A stretch of 64,000 nt of DNA from NCBI GenBank assembly GCA_026004215.1, contig BPIR01000001.1, forward strand, positions 832,566 through 896,565, read 5' to 3'. A program made the translations under genes and the position numbers. Positions within the stretch are counted from its first letter, which is position 1. Every line of letters begins with the position of its first letter. Under the pieces are notes generated by a model. It was not told where the DNA came from. It saw only the letters and a program-made list of their open reading frames with translations, and searched no databases. Source of the stretch: Candidatus Binatia bacterium. Lineage in GTDB: Bacteria; Desulfobacterota; Binatia; HRBIN30. Shown here in pieces: positions 40,155-49,630 of this stretch.

Positions 40155-41177
40155 ATGGTGACGGAAAAAAAGAAGGTCAGCGCCACAGCGCAGCCCCACG
40201 AACGCTATTCCCTCGCCACGGTCAGCCGCCTGACCGGCTTGACGCCGGACGTGATTCGCGTCTGGGAGCGGCGCTACGGGGTGGTGCAGCCGGAGCGCGG
40301 GCCGCGTGGCGCGCGGATCTACCGCGCTTCGGACATCGAACGCCTCCACTTGCTCGCTGCGGTTGTGGCGTCGGGACGCGCCATTGGCGACGTGGCCCGC
40401 TTGAGCAACCGGGAGCTTTCCGCACTGCTCCATGCTGGCGGCGGGCCTATTTCTGCGAAGGGCGAGGCGGGGTCCGGCGTCCTGCACCAACCTTCCGCGA
40501 GCCAACCGGCCGCTGGCGTTATCAACGAGCGCATCATGGCAGCCGTCCAAGTGTTCGACCAGGCACAGGTCGAGCAGATTCTTGGTGACGCACTGGTGGC
40601 GCTGGGGCCCATCGGGTTGGCGCAACGAGTTCTCGCCCCATTGTTGGATACCGTCGGCGAACAATGGATGAACGGAGCCCTTACCGTAGCGCACGAACAC
40701 TTTCTCTCCGCCATCTTGCGCAACTTCGTGGCCGGCATCCTGCGCAACCGCATCAGAGCGTCGTCCCGGCCCACGGTGCTGCTGGCGACACCCGAGGGCG
40801 AACAACATGAATTTGGCCTCTTACTCGCCACTCTCGTGCTCGCAGACGCAGGGCAAAGCCTTTGCTACCTGGGCACTCAGGTGCCGACCGAAAACCTCCT
40901 CCAAGCGGCGCACGCCGTCGGTGCTGCAATCGTGGCTCTGAGCGCCGTGAATACGGCCAACCGTGCCCGCGCCGTGAAGGTCGTCGAGCAAATACTCGCG
41001 CTGCGATCTCCCAAAGTAAAGGTCTGGCTCGGGGGACGCGACGCGGCGACCGTGGCCCGCTTGGCAGGCGGCAATGGGCGCGTGACGGTCGTCTCCGACA
41101 TCAGCGAGATCGAGAGCCTCTTACGGGAGTTGCCCGACTTGCGAAGGCAACCATCGAGCAAAACGGAAAAGGAGTAA
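40155..41177 (+). CDS. carH: MerR-family transcriptional regulator with C-terminal cobalamin-binding domain (CarH/LitR-like light-dependent repressor)
   Basis: MerR HTH (YSLATVSRLTGLTPDVIRVWERRYG). A B12-binding domain with the E-x-H-x-x-G motif (EGEQHEFGLLLATLVLADAG) and a downstream GG motif (VWLGG). The start was chosen at MVTEKKK, because the track start 40077 would place the operator repeats inside the CDS. Confidence 0.8.
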   Translation: MVTEKKKVSATAQPHERYSLATVSRLTGLTPDVIRVWERRYGVVQPERGPRGARIYRASDIERLHLLAAVVASGRAIGDVARLSNRELSALLHAGGGPISAKGEAGSGVLHQPSASQPAAGVINERIMAAVQVFDQAQVEQILGDALVALGPIGLAQRVLAPLLDTVGEQWMNGALTVAHEHFLSAILRNFVAGILRNRIRASSRPTVLLATPEGEQHEFGLLLATLVLADAGQSLCYLGTQVPTENLLQAAHAVGAAIVALSAVNTANRARAVKVVEQILALRSPKVKVWLGGRDAATVARLAGGNGRVTVVSDISEIESLLRELPDLRRQPSSKTEKE

Positions 41178-41181
41178 AGTT

Positions 41182-41556
41182 ATGTCGGTATTTCCCTCGG
41201 ACGTCGAAGCACGCGATTTGGCCATCATCGAGCACATGATGGCGACCGGCGAAATTGTTGCCGCTCAGATGCCCTCTAAACACTTTTGGAGCCCCGAGAA
41301 AAAACTCGCCGCGGCTGTGTTCGTCAGCGGCCTGGTGGAAATTCGCAACCACGTTCACAACCCCGCAAAGCGTAAGCAGGTCGAAAAAGAGCTCGCCTGG
41401 GTCTTCTCCGATGACACCGACTGGCCGTATTCTTTCGTGCGACTGTGTGAACTCTTCCAACTCCACCCCGACTACGTGCGGCGGATCGTGAGCGAGTGGC
41501 TCAGCGCGCAGCCCTCTCGGCGGCGCATGTGCTCGACGCATCGCCATGCTGCTTGA
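41182..41556 (+). CDS. Hypothetical protein (second gene of carH-like operon)
   Basis: 124-aa ORF, 4 bp after the carH-like stop. No recognisable motifs. Confidence 0.45.
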   Translation: MSVFPSDVEARDLAIIEHMMATGEIVAAQMPSKHFWSPEKKLAAAVFVSGLVEIRNHVHNPAKRKQVEKELAWVFSDDTDWPYSFVRLCELFQLHPDYVRRIVSEWLSAQPSRRRMCSTHRHAA

Positions 41557-41581
41557 ACTCGCGTTTGGAGGACGTGCACGC

Positions 41582-42844
41582 ATGCGCATCGCGATCGTGG
41601 GTTCCGGCATCTCGGGCTTGGCCGCTGCGTACTACCTCTACCGCAAGCACGAAGTCCTCGTTTTCGAAAAGGAATCGTGGGTCGGTGGCCATGCCTGCAC
41701 CATCGAAGTGGAAGACGATCAAGGTCGGCCCACACCGGTCGACGTGGGCTTCCTCGTTTACAATGAAAAAACCTACCCATTGTTCACTCGACTCTTGAAC
41801 GACATCGGTGCTCCCACGGCCCCGAGCAACATGTCTTTCAGCGTACGCTGCGAGCGCTGCTCGCGGGAGTATGCGAGCCACACATGGACCACGGCTCTCG
41901 GGGGTTCCCTCAAGCAATGGTTCCGTCCCGACCATCTGCACATGCTCTGGGAAATTCCTCGATTCAACCGGCTTGCTCGCCAATGGCTGCGCGGGTTTAC
42001 TGGCCCAAAAACCCTCGGAGAGTTCGTTCGAGCACACCGGCTGTCCGATACGTTCGTGCGTCACTACTTGGCGCCCATGACGGCAGCGATCTGGTCCGCC
42101 CCGCCATCGAGGATTCACGATTTCCCACTCGCTTTGTATTTGCCCTTCATGGACAACCACGGCTTGTTGTCGGTGGCCGACCACCCACGGTGGCGGACGA
42201 TCCGCGGCGGAAGCCGGGAATATGTGCGGCGTCTGATCGCCCCGTTCCAGCGCCAAGTGTATTGGAACACGCCCGTGCGACACATTTTGCGCAGGCCGCA
42301 CGGCGTGGAGCTTCAACTCGATCACGACACCGTGCGCGTAGATGCCGTGATTCTCGCCGTGCACTCCGACCAAGCACTGGCCTTACTGGGCGACGCCACA
42401 CCGGCCGAGCGTTCCGCCTTGTCCGCAATTCGCTACCAGAAGAATGAGATCGTTCTCCACAGTGACACCGGGCTCTTGCCGCGCCAACCTCGACTGTGGT
42501 CTTCCTGGAACTACCACGTAACCGACTGCGCCGACAACACCGCACCACTGACGATGACGTACTGGATCAATAAGCTGCAGAACCTGTCCACCCAATCTCC
42601 GTTCCTCGTGTCGTTGAACTCCACGATCTCGATCGATCCTAACAAGGTGCATTGGCGTGCGCGGTTCGACCACCCGCAATACGACCACTCGACCCCTCGC
42701 GCACAAGCCTTGCTGCGGAGCCTAAACGGTCAGCGCGCCACGTACTTTTGCGGCGCGTATCTGGGATGGGGGTTTCACGAGGATGGGATCCGGTCGGCAC
42801 GTGAGGTCGCCTGGGCCATCGAGCAAGAGCGCGCTGCGGCATGA
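41582..42844 (+). CDS. FAD/NAD(P)-binding oxidoreductase, amine-oxidase/phytoene-desaturase-like
   Basis: N-terminal dinucleotide-binding motif MRIAIVGSGISGLAAAY...VFE. This family is commonly found clustered with DUF1365 and CFA-synthase genes. Confidence 0.8.
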   Translation: MRIAIVGSGISGLAAAYYLYRKHEVLVFEKESWVGGHACTIEVEDDQGRPTPVDVGFLVYNEKTYPLFTRLLNDIGAPTAPSNMSFSVRCERCSREYASHTWTTALGGSLKQWFRPDHLHMLWEIPRFNRLARQWLRGFTGPKTLGEFVRAHRLSDTFVRHYLAPMTAAIWSAPPSRIHDFPLALYLPFMDNHGLLSVADHPRWRTIRGGSREYVRRLIAPFQRQVYWNTPVRHILRRPHGVELQLDHDTVRVDAVILAVHSDQALALLGDATPAERSALSAIRYQKNEIVLHSDTGLLPRQPRLWSSWNYHVTDCADNTAPLTMTYWINKLQNLSTQSPFLVSLNSTISIDPNKVHWRARFDHPQYDHSTPRAQALLRSLNGQRATYFCGAYLGWGFHEDGIRSAREVAWAIEQERAAA

Positions 42845-43668
42845 AGTCGGCGTTGTATTTCGGATGGGTCCAACACGTACGGCACCATCCCCAGCGTCAT
42901 CGATTCCGATACCGCTCCGCTTTCTTTTATCTCGACCTTCACGAGCTGCCTATACTACGGCGACGACTTTGGCTTCTCGGCGTCAACCGGCCCGGCTTGT
43001 TTTCCCTTCGCGAGAGCGATTTTCTGGATGGGCGCGGCTTGTCGGTGGAACGGCTGAAGACTTTCGTAGCTCAGCAGGGTCTCCCCAGCGAAGCTATAGC
43101 CGCCACACGGCTGCTCACGCATGTCCGGCAATGGGGTTACGTATTCAATCCCATCTCCCTCTTCTTCTGTTTCAGCCGCGCAGACGAACTTCTTTACGTC
43201 GTTGCCGAGGTCAACAACACTTTCGGAGAGCGTTTTCACTACGTGCTATCCGACCTTTCCCACCACGGCGGCAACTCAGTGTTCTTCGCCAAGGTCGAAA
43301 AGCACATGCATGTGTCGCCGTTCGCTTCGCGCGACGGCTGTCACTACGAATTTCGTTTTCGGCCACCCGCGGATCGGTTTTCGCTAGCCATTCGGCTCCG
43401 GGAGCAAGATCGGCCCGTAATCGATGCCGCTCTCTGGGCCGAGCGGCATCCTCTGTCCGACCGCACGTTGCTGCGTCTTGCGGCCCGCCACCCCTGGCTG
43501 ACGGCCAAGGTCACACTCGCAATCCACTGGGAGGCCCTGAAACTGTACCGAAAAGGCCTGCCATTTTTTTCCCAACCGCCCCCGAGCCCGGCGCAAGCAG
43601 CGCAGCAAGCGATTTGGCAGCGGTCGAATTTACACCACGAGCAGTCCAAGCTGCGGTTTCGCTCGTAG
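42841..43668 (+). CDS. DUF1365 domain protein
   Basis: Conserved core ...GYVFNPISLFF...FHYV.... There is a 4-bp overlap with the upstream oxidoreductase. Confidence 0.8.
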   Translation: MKSALYFGWVQHVRHHPQRHRFRYRSAFFYLDLHELPILRRRLWLLGVNRPGLFSLRESDFLDGRGLSVERLKTFVAQQGLPSEAIAATRLLTHVRQWGYVFNPISLFFCFSRADELLYVVAEVNNTFGERFHYVLSDLSHHGGNSVFFAKVEKHMHVSPFASRDGCHYEFRFRPPADRFSLAIRLREQDRPVIDAALWAERHPLSDRTLLRLAARHPWLTAKVTLAIHWEALKLYRKGLPFFSQPPPSPAQAAQQAIWQRSNLHHEQSKLRFRS

Positions 43669-43681
43669 AAAGGAGTCAATC

Positions 43682-44911
43682 ATGGAACGCGTCGCCTCGC
43701 TGGAACTGAACACCAAGGTGCCCAATTGGCTGGATCGTCGAGCAGTTGCTCTCGTGCTCCAGGCGCTCCGCAGGGTTTCCGGTGCGCAAATCTTGGTGCG
43801 GCTACCCGACGGCAGCACGCTGTGCGGTGGCGAACACGAAGCAGATCTCCAGGTCACCGTGAAGATCCATGAATGGCAAGTCTTTCGCCGTTTGCTCTGG
43901 GAGCAAGACATCGGTGCCGGCGAGACGTATGCCGAGGGGTGGTGGGATACTGACAATTTGCCTCTTCTCTGCCGCGTGTTCCTTCGCAGCAATGCCCTGT
44001 GGGAGCTCCCTTCCCTAGCACGGCGGATGTTTCGCATCGCCCAACGGGTCCACTGGAGACTTCAACGGAACACCCGCAGTGGCAGCCGGAGAAATATCGC
44101 CTATCACTATGACTTGGGCAACGACTTCTACCGGCTGTTTCTCGACGAGAGCCTCACATACAGTTGCGCCCTCTTCGAGCCGGCATCGCTCGGCCTGGCG
44201 GAGGCACAAGCCAAAAAACTCGACGAAGTTTGCCGGCAGATCGGCTTGCAAACTGGCCAAAGCATTCTCGAGATCGGCTGCGGTTGGGGATCCTTCGCGC
44301 TGCACGCCGCCACCCATTACGGGGCACGGGTGCACGGAATTTCGCTATCCCAGCGGCAATTAGACCTGGCCCGCCAGAGAGTCGCCGAGGCCGGCCTGCA
44401 CGACCAGATCACCCTAGAATATCGCGATTATCGAACCGTGCATGGTACCTTCGACCACATTGTCTCCATCGAGATGTTCGAAGCCGTTGGCCACGAGTAC
44501 TACTGCGATTTTTTCCGGGCCGTCCAGCGCTGTCTCCGGCCGGGCGGACGCTTTTTCCTCCAAACCATCACGGTTCCCGATCAACGCTACGACTCATACC
44601 GCCGCGACTTCGATTTCATCAAGAAACATATTTTCCCGGGTGGCTTGCTGGCCTCGCTCCACCGTATCCTCGAGACCACCAAGCAACATACCGACTTGCG
44701 ACTCGTGTACTTGCGCGACATTGGGGAACATTACGCCCGCACTCTCCGAACATGGCGCGAGCGATTTTTAGCTGCTCTCCCCGAGGTGTTCTCCCTCGGC
44801 TTCGACCGGCGCTTTGCCCGCCTGTGGGAGTTTTATCTCGCCAGTTGCGAAGCCGCTTTTAGCGTGCGTCACATTGGGGACGCCCAAATGGTGTTCGAGC
44901 GCCCCGCTTGA
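43682..44911 (+). CDS. Cyclopropane-fatty-acyl-phospholipid synthase family SAM-dependent methyltransferase
   Basis: SAM-binding motif ILEIGCGWG and the CFA-synthase-family C-terminal region (HIFPGG, YLASCEAAF). Confidence 0.85.
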   Translation: MERVASLELNTKVPNWLDRRAVALVLQALRRVSGAQILVRLPDGSTLCGGEHEADLQVTVKIHEWQVFRRLLWEQDIGAGETYAEGWWDTDNLPLLCRVFLRSNALWELPSLARRMFRIAQRVHWRLQRNTRSGSRRNIAYHYDLGNDFYRLFLDESLTYSCALFEPASLGLAEAQAKKLDEVCRQIGLQTGQSILEIGCGWGSFALHAATHYGARVHGISLSQRQLDLARQRVAEAGLHDQITLEYRDYRTVHGTFDHIVSIEMFEAVGHEYYCDFFRAVQRCLRPGGRFFLQTITVPDQRYDSYRRDFDFIKKHIFPGGLLASLHRILETTKQHTDLRLVYLRDIGEHYARTLRTWRERFLAALPEVFSLGFDRRFARLWEFYLASCEAAFSVRHIGDAQMVFERPA

Positions 44912-45091
44912 GCCAGGCCCGCCCCGGCTGCGTCGCGGACGATCAAACCCGCAAACTCGAAGGCGCATCACCCAACCTCTGTTCCGATCGGATCACCAGT
45001 TCGACCAGAGCAACCAACGCGATCGCTTGGTATCATGGATGCTCTTCCCAAAGCTTGCGCCCCTGCCGTGTTTTAGTTTTCGCTGTATCCC

Positions 45092-46261
45092 ATGGAAATT
45101 TTTGGCTATTGCGACCCGCGCTTCGAGCGTGTACGCGACGCGTTCCGCCACAACTTTGCCTCGCGCGGCGAGCTCGGGGCGGCCGTCCACGTCATTGTCC
45201 AGGGCAAGCCCGTGGTGGACTTGTGGGGCGGCATCGCCGATCACCACACCGGCACGGCGTGGAAAGAGGACACCCTCGTGCTGGTTTTCTCCTCGACCAA
45301 AGGGGCCACAGCCGCGTGCGCGCACCTGTTGCGTACGCGGGGACTGTTGGATTTCGAAGCTCCCGTGGCACGCTACTGGCCGGAATTTGCGCAACAGGGG
45401 AAAGAGTCTCTGCCGGTTTCTTTCCTGCTCACCCACCAGGCGGGACTGGCGGCCATCGAAGAACCCCTTCCTCCCGAGGCACTGTTCGACTGGTCGCGCA
45501 TGACCACGGCCCTGGCGCGACAGCGCCCGCTGTGGAGGCCGGGCGAGGGGCACGGCTACCACGCTGTCACCTTCGGGTTTTTGGTGGGAGAGGTCATTCG
45601 GCGTGTGAGTGGGCGAAGCGCCGGGCACTTTCTGCGCGAGGAAATCGCCAAACCTTTGGGCCTGGAATTTTGGATCGGTTTGCCCGCCGAGTACGAACCC
45701 CGCGTCGCCAGAGTACGCCTGCCTCCGCTGCGCACGCGCCCGACCCCGTTTTTTCGCGCCCTCATGCAGCGTGGCTCGCTGACGTGGCAAGCCTTCATGA
45801 ACCCGCCGAGCTTCACGAGCGGCAGCGCCGCCAACACGCGCGCGGTGCGTGCGGCCGAGCTCCCCGCCAGTAACGGAATCACCAGCGCCCGCGGGTTGGC
45901 TGGATTGTACGCCGCATTGATCGGAAGGGTAAACGGTGCCGCTACACCACTGCTCGACCCCGATACCCGCGCCCTCGCGGAACGTGTCGCTGTGGATGGT
46001 CCAGACCGCGTTCTGCTCGTGCGCACCCGCTTCAGCCACGGGTTCATGAAAAGCGTGGCCGACGATCCCAACGACTCTGTCCGCTTCGGCCCTAACGATG
46101 CAGCGTTCGGCCACGTCGGCGCGGGCGGGTCCTTCGGCATGGCGGATCCGGTGGCGGAGGTGGCCATGGGATACGTGATGAACCAGCTCGGCCCGGGTAT
46201 TTTCCTGAACGAACGCGGCCAGAGCCTCATTGACGCCGTGTACGAATGCCTGGGGGCGTGA
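45092..46261 (+). CDS. Serine hydrolase, beta-lactamase/EstB-like esterase family
   Basis: SxxK nucleophile motif (FSSTKG) and class C-like YxN/KTG-equivalent regions. The antisense 373-aa ORF is rejected. Confidence 0.8.
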   Translation: MEIFGYCDPRFERVRDAFRHNFASRGELGAAVHVIVQGKPVVDLWGGIADHHTGTAWKEDTLVLVFSSTKGATAACAHLLRTRGLLDFEAPVARYWPEFAQQGKESLPVSFLLTHQAGLAAIEEPLPPEALFDWSRMTTALARQRPLWRPGEGHGYHAVTFGFLVGEVIRRVSGRSAGHFLREEIAKPLGLEFWIGLPAEYEPRVARVRLPPLRTRPTPFFRALMQRGSLTWQAFMNPPSFTSGSAANTRAVRAAELPASNGITSARGLAGLYAALIGRVNGAATPLLDPDTRALAERVAVDGPDRVLLVRTRFSHGFMKSVADDPNDSVRFGPNDAAFGHVGAGGSFGMADPVAEVAMGYVMNQLGPGIFLNERGQSLIDAVYECLGA

Positions 46262-46543
46262 AGTGCCGGCAAGCCACTACCGAGGCCCTTCGCAGCCACT
46301 CGGCCGCGGTTCCCTCCCACGCCTCGCCCCGAGTGGGGCACGGTGCGGAGCGCCAATACTAGCACTGGCGCAGAGGTGGCAAGGGTCGTTCGAACCCGAA
46401 GACACGGAGGAACTAGCCTGCAAGCGGTTCTCTTCCACCGTTGGCTAGAACGCCCGCGGCTTACGTGCATCCCGACAGACGGAAGATCCGAAGGGCACAC
46501 CAGGCTTCCACCTACGGGCACCACGACCCTTCCCGGGTCAAAG

Positions 46544-47311
46544 TCAGTGGACGGGTGCCACCCTCGGGTGCGGCGCGCGCTGCATCATCGAGAGCAGTGC
46601 CCAAGCGCACAACCATGCGTAAAAGACAACGTTCAACCACAACTTTACCGGGCGGAGGAGTTCGAGGCCTACAGCACCTCCAGAGTATACCGCGACGCTC
46701 AGGGCAAACGGGTTTCCCCGAGTCTGGCGGACGAGGACCCGAGCCGACGCAGCAGCGAAAAGGGCCAGCACTGCAAAGTACAGCGGCAGAGGCTCTACGG
46801 GCAACGTGTGCGCGGCCTCCGGGGGCAGCCAGCCCGCACGGGCCTGCTGCAAGAAGACGACGCTGTGCTTGCTCAACGAAACTGCCCACGGAGTCGTGCT
46901 GGGCAGACCAAAACAGCAACCATTGAGGAAACATCCCAGGTGAACGAACGCCACGCTCGCCCAAGCCGGCGCGGCCAGCGCATGCATGGACTCGCGCAGG
47001 CGAAGGAGATCCAGTCGCTGCCCGATAGAAAGTATCGCCACTGCGAGCGACAACCCTCCTGGAAGGCGAAACCCGGCGAGCCAATTCGGCGCCACGAAGG
47101 GAAAGTCGCTCGGACACAAAACGCGCTCCAGCACATACGTACCCTTCGCACCCAAGAAGACCGCAATGACCAACGCCATGGAGAACAGTGTCGCCGGGAA
47201 ACGCCCAACTCCGGCGCGAACGAGGCAGCGCGGCGCCCACACCAGAAATGCCACGGCCGCTAACACCCAGGCGGCATAGTACGTCGGTATGCCAGCAACG
47301 TACGGCAGCAT
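46544..47311 (-). CDS. lgt: Prolipoprotein diacylglyceryl transferase-like membrane protein
   Basis: Polytopic membrane protein with the Lgt-like signature HLGCFLNGCCFG...PWAV. Confidence 0.6.
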   Translation of the reverse strand: MLPYVAGIPTYYAAWVLAAVAFLVWAPRCLVRAGVGRFPATLFSMALVIAVFLGAKGTYVLERVLCPSDFPFVAPNWLAGFRLPGGLSLAVAILSIGQRLDLLRLRESMHALAAPAWASVAFVHLGCFLNGCCFGLPSTTPWAVSLSKHSVVFLQQARAGWLPPEAAHTLPVEPLPLYFAVLALFAAASARVLVRQTRGNPFALSVAVYSGGAVGLELLRPVKLWLNVVFYAWLCAWALLSMMQRAPHPRVAPVH

Positions 47312-47400
47312 TGCCTACCCCGGTGTCGGCAGGCGCGACATTCGAGATATCGCTTGCCGAGAGGCGACTCGGTCCACCGTTGCGGCGAGGGCGCTCCTCA

Positions 47401-47985
47401 TCAGTAAGCCTCGACTGCGCCCACTGCCTCGAGGTCTTCCACCGGTGGCCACTGCCACGTTCCCCACTCGCCACTCGTGAGTTCGTACTTGCCTGCCGCG
47501 CCCCCCACACGCCACGAGCCGGAAAAGTTCCCAACGACATTCCCCGCCTCGTCGAACAGCTTACCGTACACCACTCCCGGCTCGATCACGCCCTCGCAAC
47601 CGAGCACCTCCCCGTCGGAACGCCCCGGCAGAACAACTTTTCCGCGTAGCTCCTTTCCCTCCCGCACCCCCACAAAGCTCCAAGCTGTGGCGGTGCGCTC
47701 CCCAGTCGAAGGAGACTGCCCAATTCCGGACTCGGCCAAATCTCCGCGCAACGCCAGCGACTCCGGCAACACAACTCCCAGCAGCAACGAATCCGGCGCC
47801 AGCAGCACCAGGCTCACGGCAATCGCTGCCCCCACCCAAAACCCGCACCACCGAGGGATCTTGGAAACCCCCACCCGCTGGCGCTCGCAGTCGCTCACGG
47901 CAGCACCTCCACGCTCACGGCCGGGCACCACACACAGGGCTCCTCCACCCACGGCCGACACGCCCACTGGTAGTGGCCGCGGCAC
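47401..47985 (-). CDS. Hypothetical secreted protein
   Basis: Hydrophobic N-terminal segment, with a compositionally normal C-terminal half (VVYGKLFDEAGNVVGNF...). The start is uncertain. It lies directly upstream of the lgt-like gene. Confidence 0.4.
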   Translation of the reverse strand: MPRPLPVGVSAVGGGALCVVPGRERGGAAVSDCERQRVGVSKIPRWCGFWVGAAIAVSLVLLAPDSLLLGVVLPESLALRGDLAESGIGQSPSTGERTATAWSFVGVREGKELRGKVVLPGRSDGEVLGCEGVIEPGVVYGKLFDEAGNVVGNFSGSWRVGGAAGKYELTSGEWGTWQWPPVEDLEAVGAVEAY

Positions 47986-48494
47986 TGAAGAGTGTCCAAC
48001 CGGTACTCACCCGCTTCGACCCAGCTTTCCACTCGCACACGACAGCGAAACAACTGCGGCTCCCCCCGGGGCCGGCGGCGCAACTCCCCGTACAATGCAA
48101 TCCCCCTGCATGGGACGTCTTCCCCGCACCCCATCGGGTAAGGCTCCGCCCTCAGCCCGGCATACGCCGGCGCGTCCACCGCGACGCAACTCGCCGTGTG
48201 CCCTCCGGCAACCCGGACAACCGGCCCCAGCAGAGTCGTGCCCGCAGTCGCCCACGGAAAGCTCACCAATGCCGCAACCTTCCAACCCTGCCACTCTTCA
48301 TCGCGAGCAAACCACGGGGACACCAAGGTCACCACCAGCACCGCTTCTTGCCCCGCCCGCGCCCGCACGGGCTCCGTGGCTACCCGCACCGTGCGGCTGC
48401 AATCGATCCCCTGCGCCACGCACTCCCGCCTCAGCCCCTCCACCCCAACCACAGCAAGAACAAACCACAGCACTGCGAATGCACGACGCAACAT
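47895..48494 (-). CDS. Hypothetical Cys-rich secreted protein
   Basis: Internal start MLRRAFAVLWFVLAVVGVEG (signal peptide) followed by a Cys-rich domain. The track's 120-codon Gly/Arg-rich extension is rejected. Confidence 0.45.
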   Translation of the reverse strand: MLRRAFAVLWFVLAVVGVEGLRRECVAQGIDCSRTVRVATEPVRARAGQEAVLVVTLVSPWFARDEEWQGWKVAALVSFPWATAGTTLLGPVVRVAGGHTASCVAVDAPAYAGLRAEPYPMGCGEDVPCRGIALYGELRRRPRGEPQLFRCRVRVESWVEAGEYRLDTLQCRGHYQWACRPWVEEPCVWCPAVSVEVLP

Positions 48495-49057
48495 CACTGG
48501 CTGCCTCCCGCAGGCTGGTTGTCTTCCTGCCACGTCGCCACGCAGCTCGACAGCACGTTGCGCACCCCACGCACCACCTCGTCCACCGTCACTGCCCCGT
48601 CCTCGTTGCCATCCGCCGCAGCACAGCTCTCGTACGGCCCCGCTCCCACCACGATGCCCACCGCCCGCACCAACTCCTCCACCGTGACCCGGGCGTCCCG
48701 ATTGCAGTCGCCCACACACGGCACCACCTGCAACGTACCCCCTTGGCAGCCTCGCCCGCATTCCGCCGGCAGCACGAGAGCCTCGCGGTTCCCCGTGCAC
48801 TCGATCGGATAGGCACGCGGCTTTGCCGTGGGAGGGATGGTGAACTCGCAGCAAATGGCTTCATCGTCAGGGGCAAACGGAAGACCGCTGGGAAGGGGCC
48901 ACCCTAACTCGTCCGGCCAAGCAAATGGTTTCTCAGGCACCCAGGGCCCCCCGCGGTCGGCCAGGGAGCACACCAATCCGGACAGGATGTCCCCCTGGAT
49001 TCCTTCGCACGGTGTCGACTCTCCGCAACCGGGGGGAAAAAAAATCCCCTCCCACAC
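48494..49057 (-). CDS. Hypothetical Cys-rich protein with dockerin-like Ca-binding repeats
   Basis: Two EF-hand-like dockerin repeats (DCNRDARVTVEELV, DGNEDGAVTVDEVV). GTG start. Codons 5-9 lie on a T8C6 tract. Confidence 0.45.
   Translation of the reverse strand: MWEGIFFPPGCGESTPCEGIQGDILSGLVCSLADRGGPWVPEKPFAWPDELGWPLPSGLPFAPDDEAICCEFTIPPTAKPRAYPIECTGNREALVLPAECGRGCQGGTLQVVPCVGDCNRDARVTVEELVRAVGIVVGAGPYESCAAADGNEDGAVTVDEVVRGVRNVLSSCVATWQEDNQPAGGSQ
49031..49044. repeat. G6A8 (C6... T8 on coding strand) compound homopolymer at codons 5-9 of the ORF 48494..49057
   Basis: ggggggaaaaaaaa on the + strand. It encodes I-F-F-P-P on the minus strand. Confidence 0.7.
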
Positions 49058-49630
49058 CTCGGTGGCGCTTTCGCTGGGATCAACCGCGCCGGCAACAACG
49101 AAGCCTTCCTCTCGCCCCAGCTTAGGCTATTCCGGAGAGCCAAGGACCAACGGTCTAGCTTCGGATTGTAAAGCCTACAGAAAACAGGCCCGGAAAACCC
49201 CCTCAAATCCCGGAACCGTAAAGAGAAGGTGGCATACCAGGTGCCGTACTGATCACAACAACGAAAGCGCGGCCGCACCGCCACACACACTCGTGTCCGC
49301 GCGCCCGGCGCTCCGATCGCATCCGATGCTTTCACAGGCTCCACGACATGCTGGGCAAAATAAGGCCAAGGTTGGTCTTCGTTTGCCGGAAAATCCATGA
49401 CAAATTGTCCGGCGCAGCGCGGCGCGCAAGCAAAGAGCAACCCAAATCCACCTATTAGACTGGCTAACGTCCGTTGGTGTTCCGATGCTCGATGAAATCG
49501 TGCTTTCATGGCCCGCTCTCCTCAGCAGCAGCTCCCCGAACAGCCACCTACCCACAAGGTGGATCGCCCAGGAAACGGCCACAACGATGTGCCGCGAAGG
49601 TCCCCCGCCCGCGCCCGCTCCACCCGAGGG

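Noticed and set aside
44993-46114. 373-aa minus-strand ORF antisense to the esterase gene
   Set aside because: Arg/Ala/Gly-rich with no motifs. It fully overlaps a well-supported + strand serine hydrolase. This is typical high-GC antisense ORF noise.
47477-48907. 476-aa + strand Pro/Ser/Thr/Arg-rich ORF
   Set aside because: Low-complexity composition. It overlaps three minus-strand ORFs that have signal peptides and Cys-rich domains. It is an antisense artefact.
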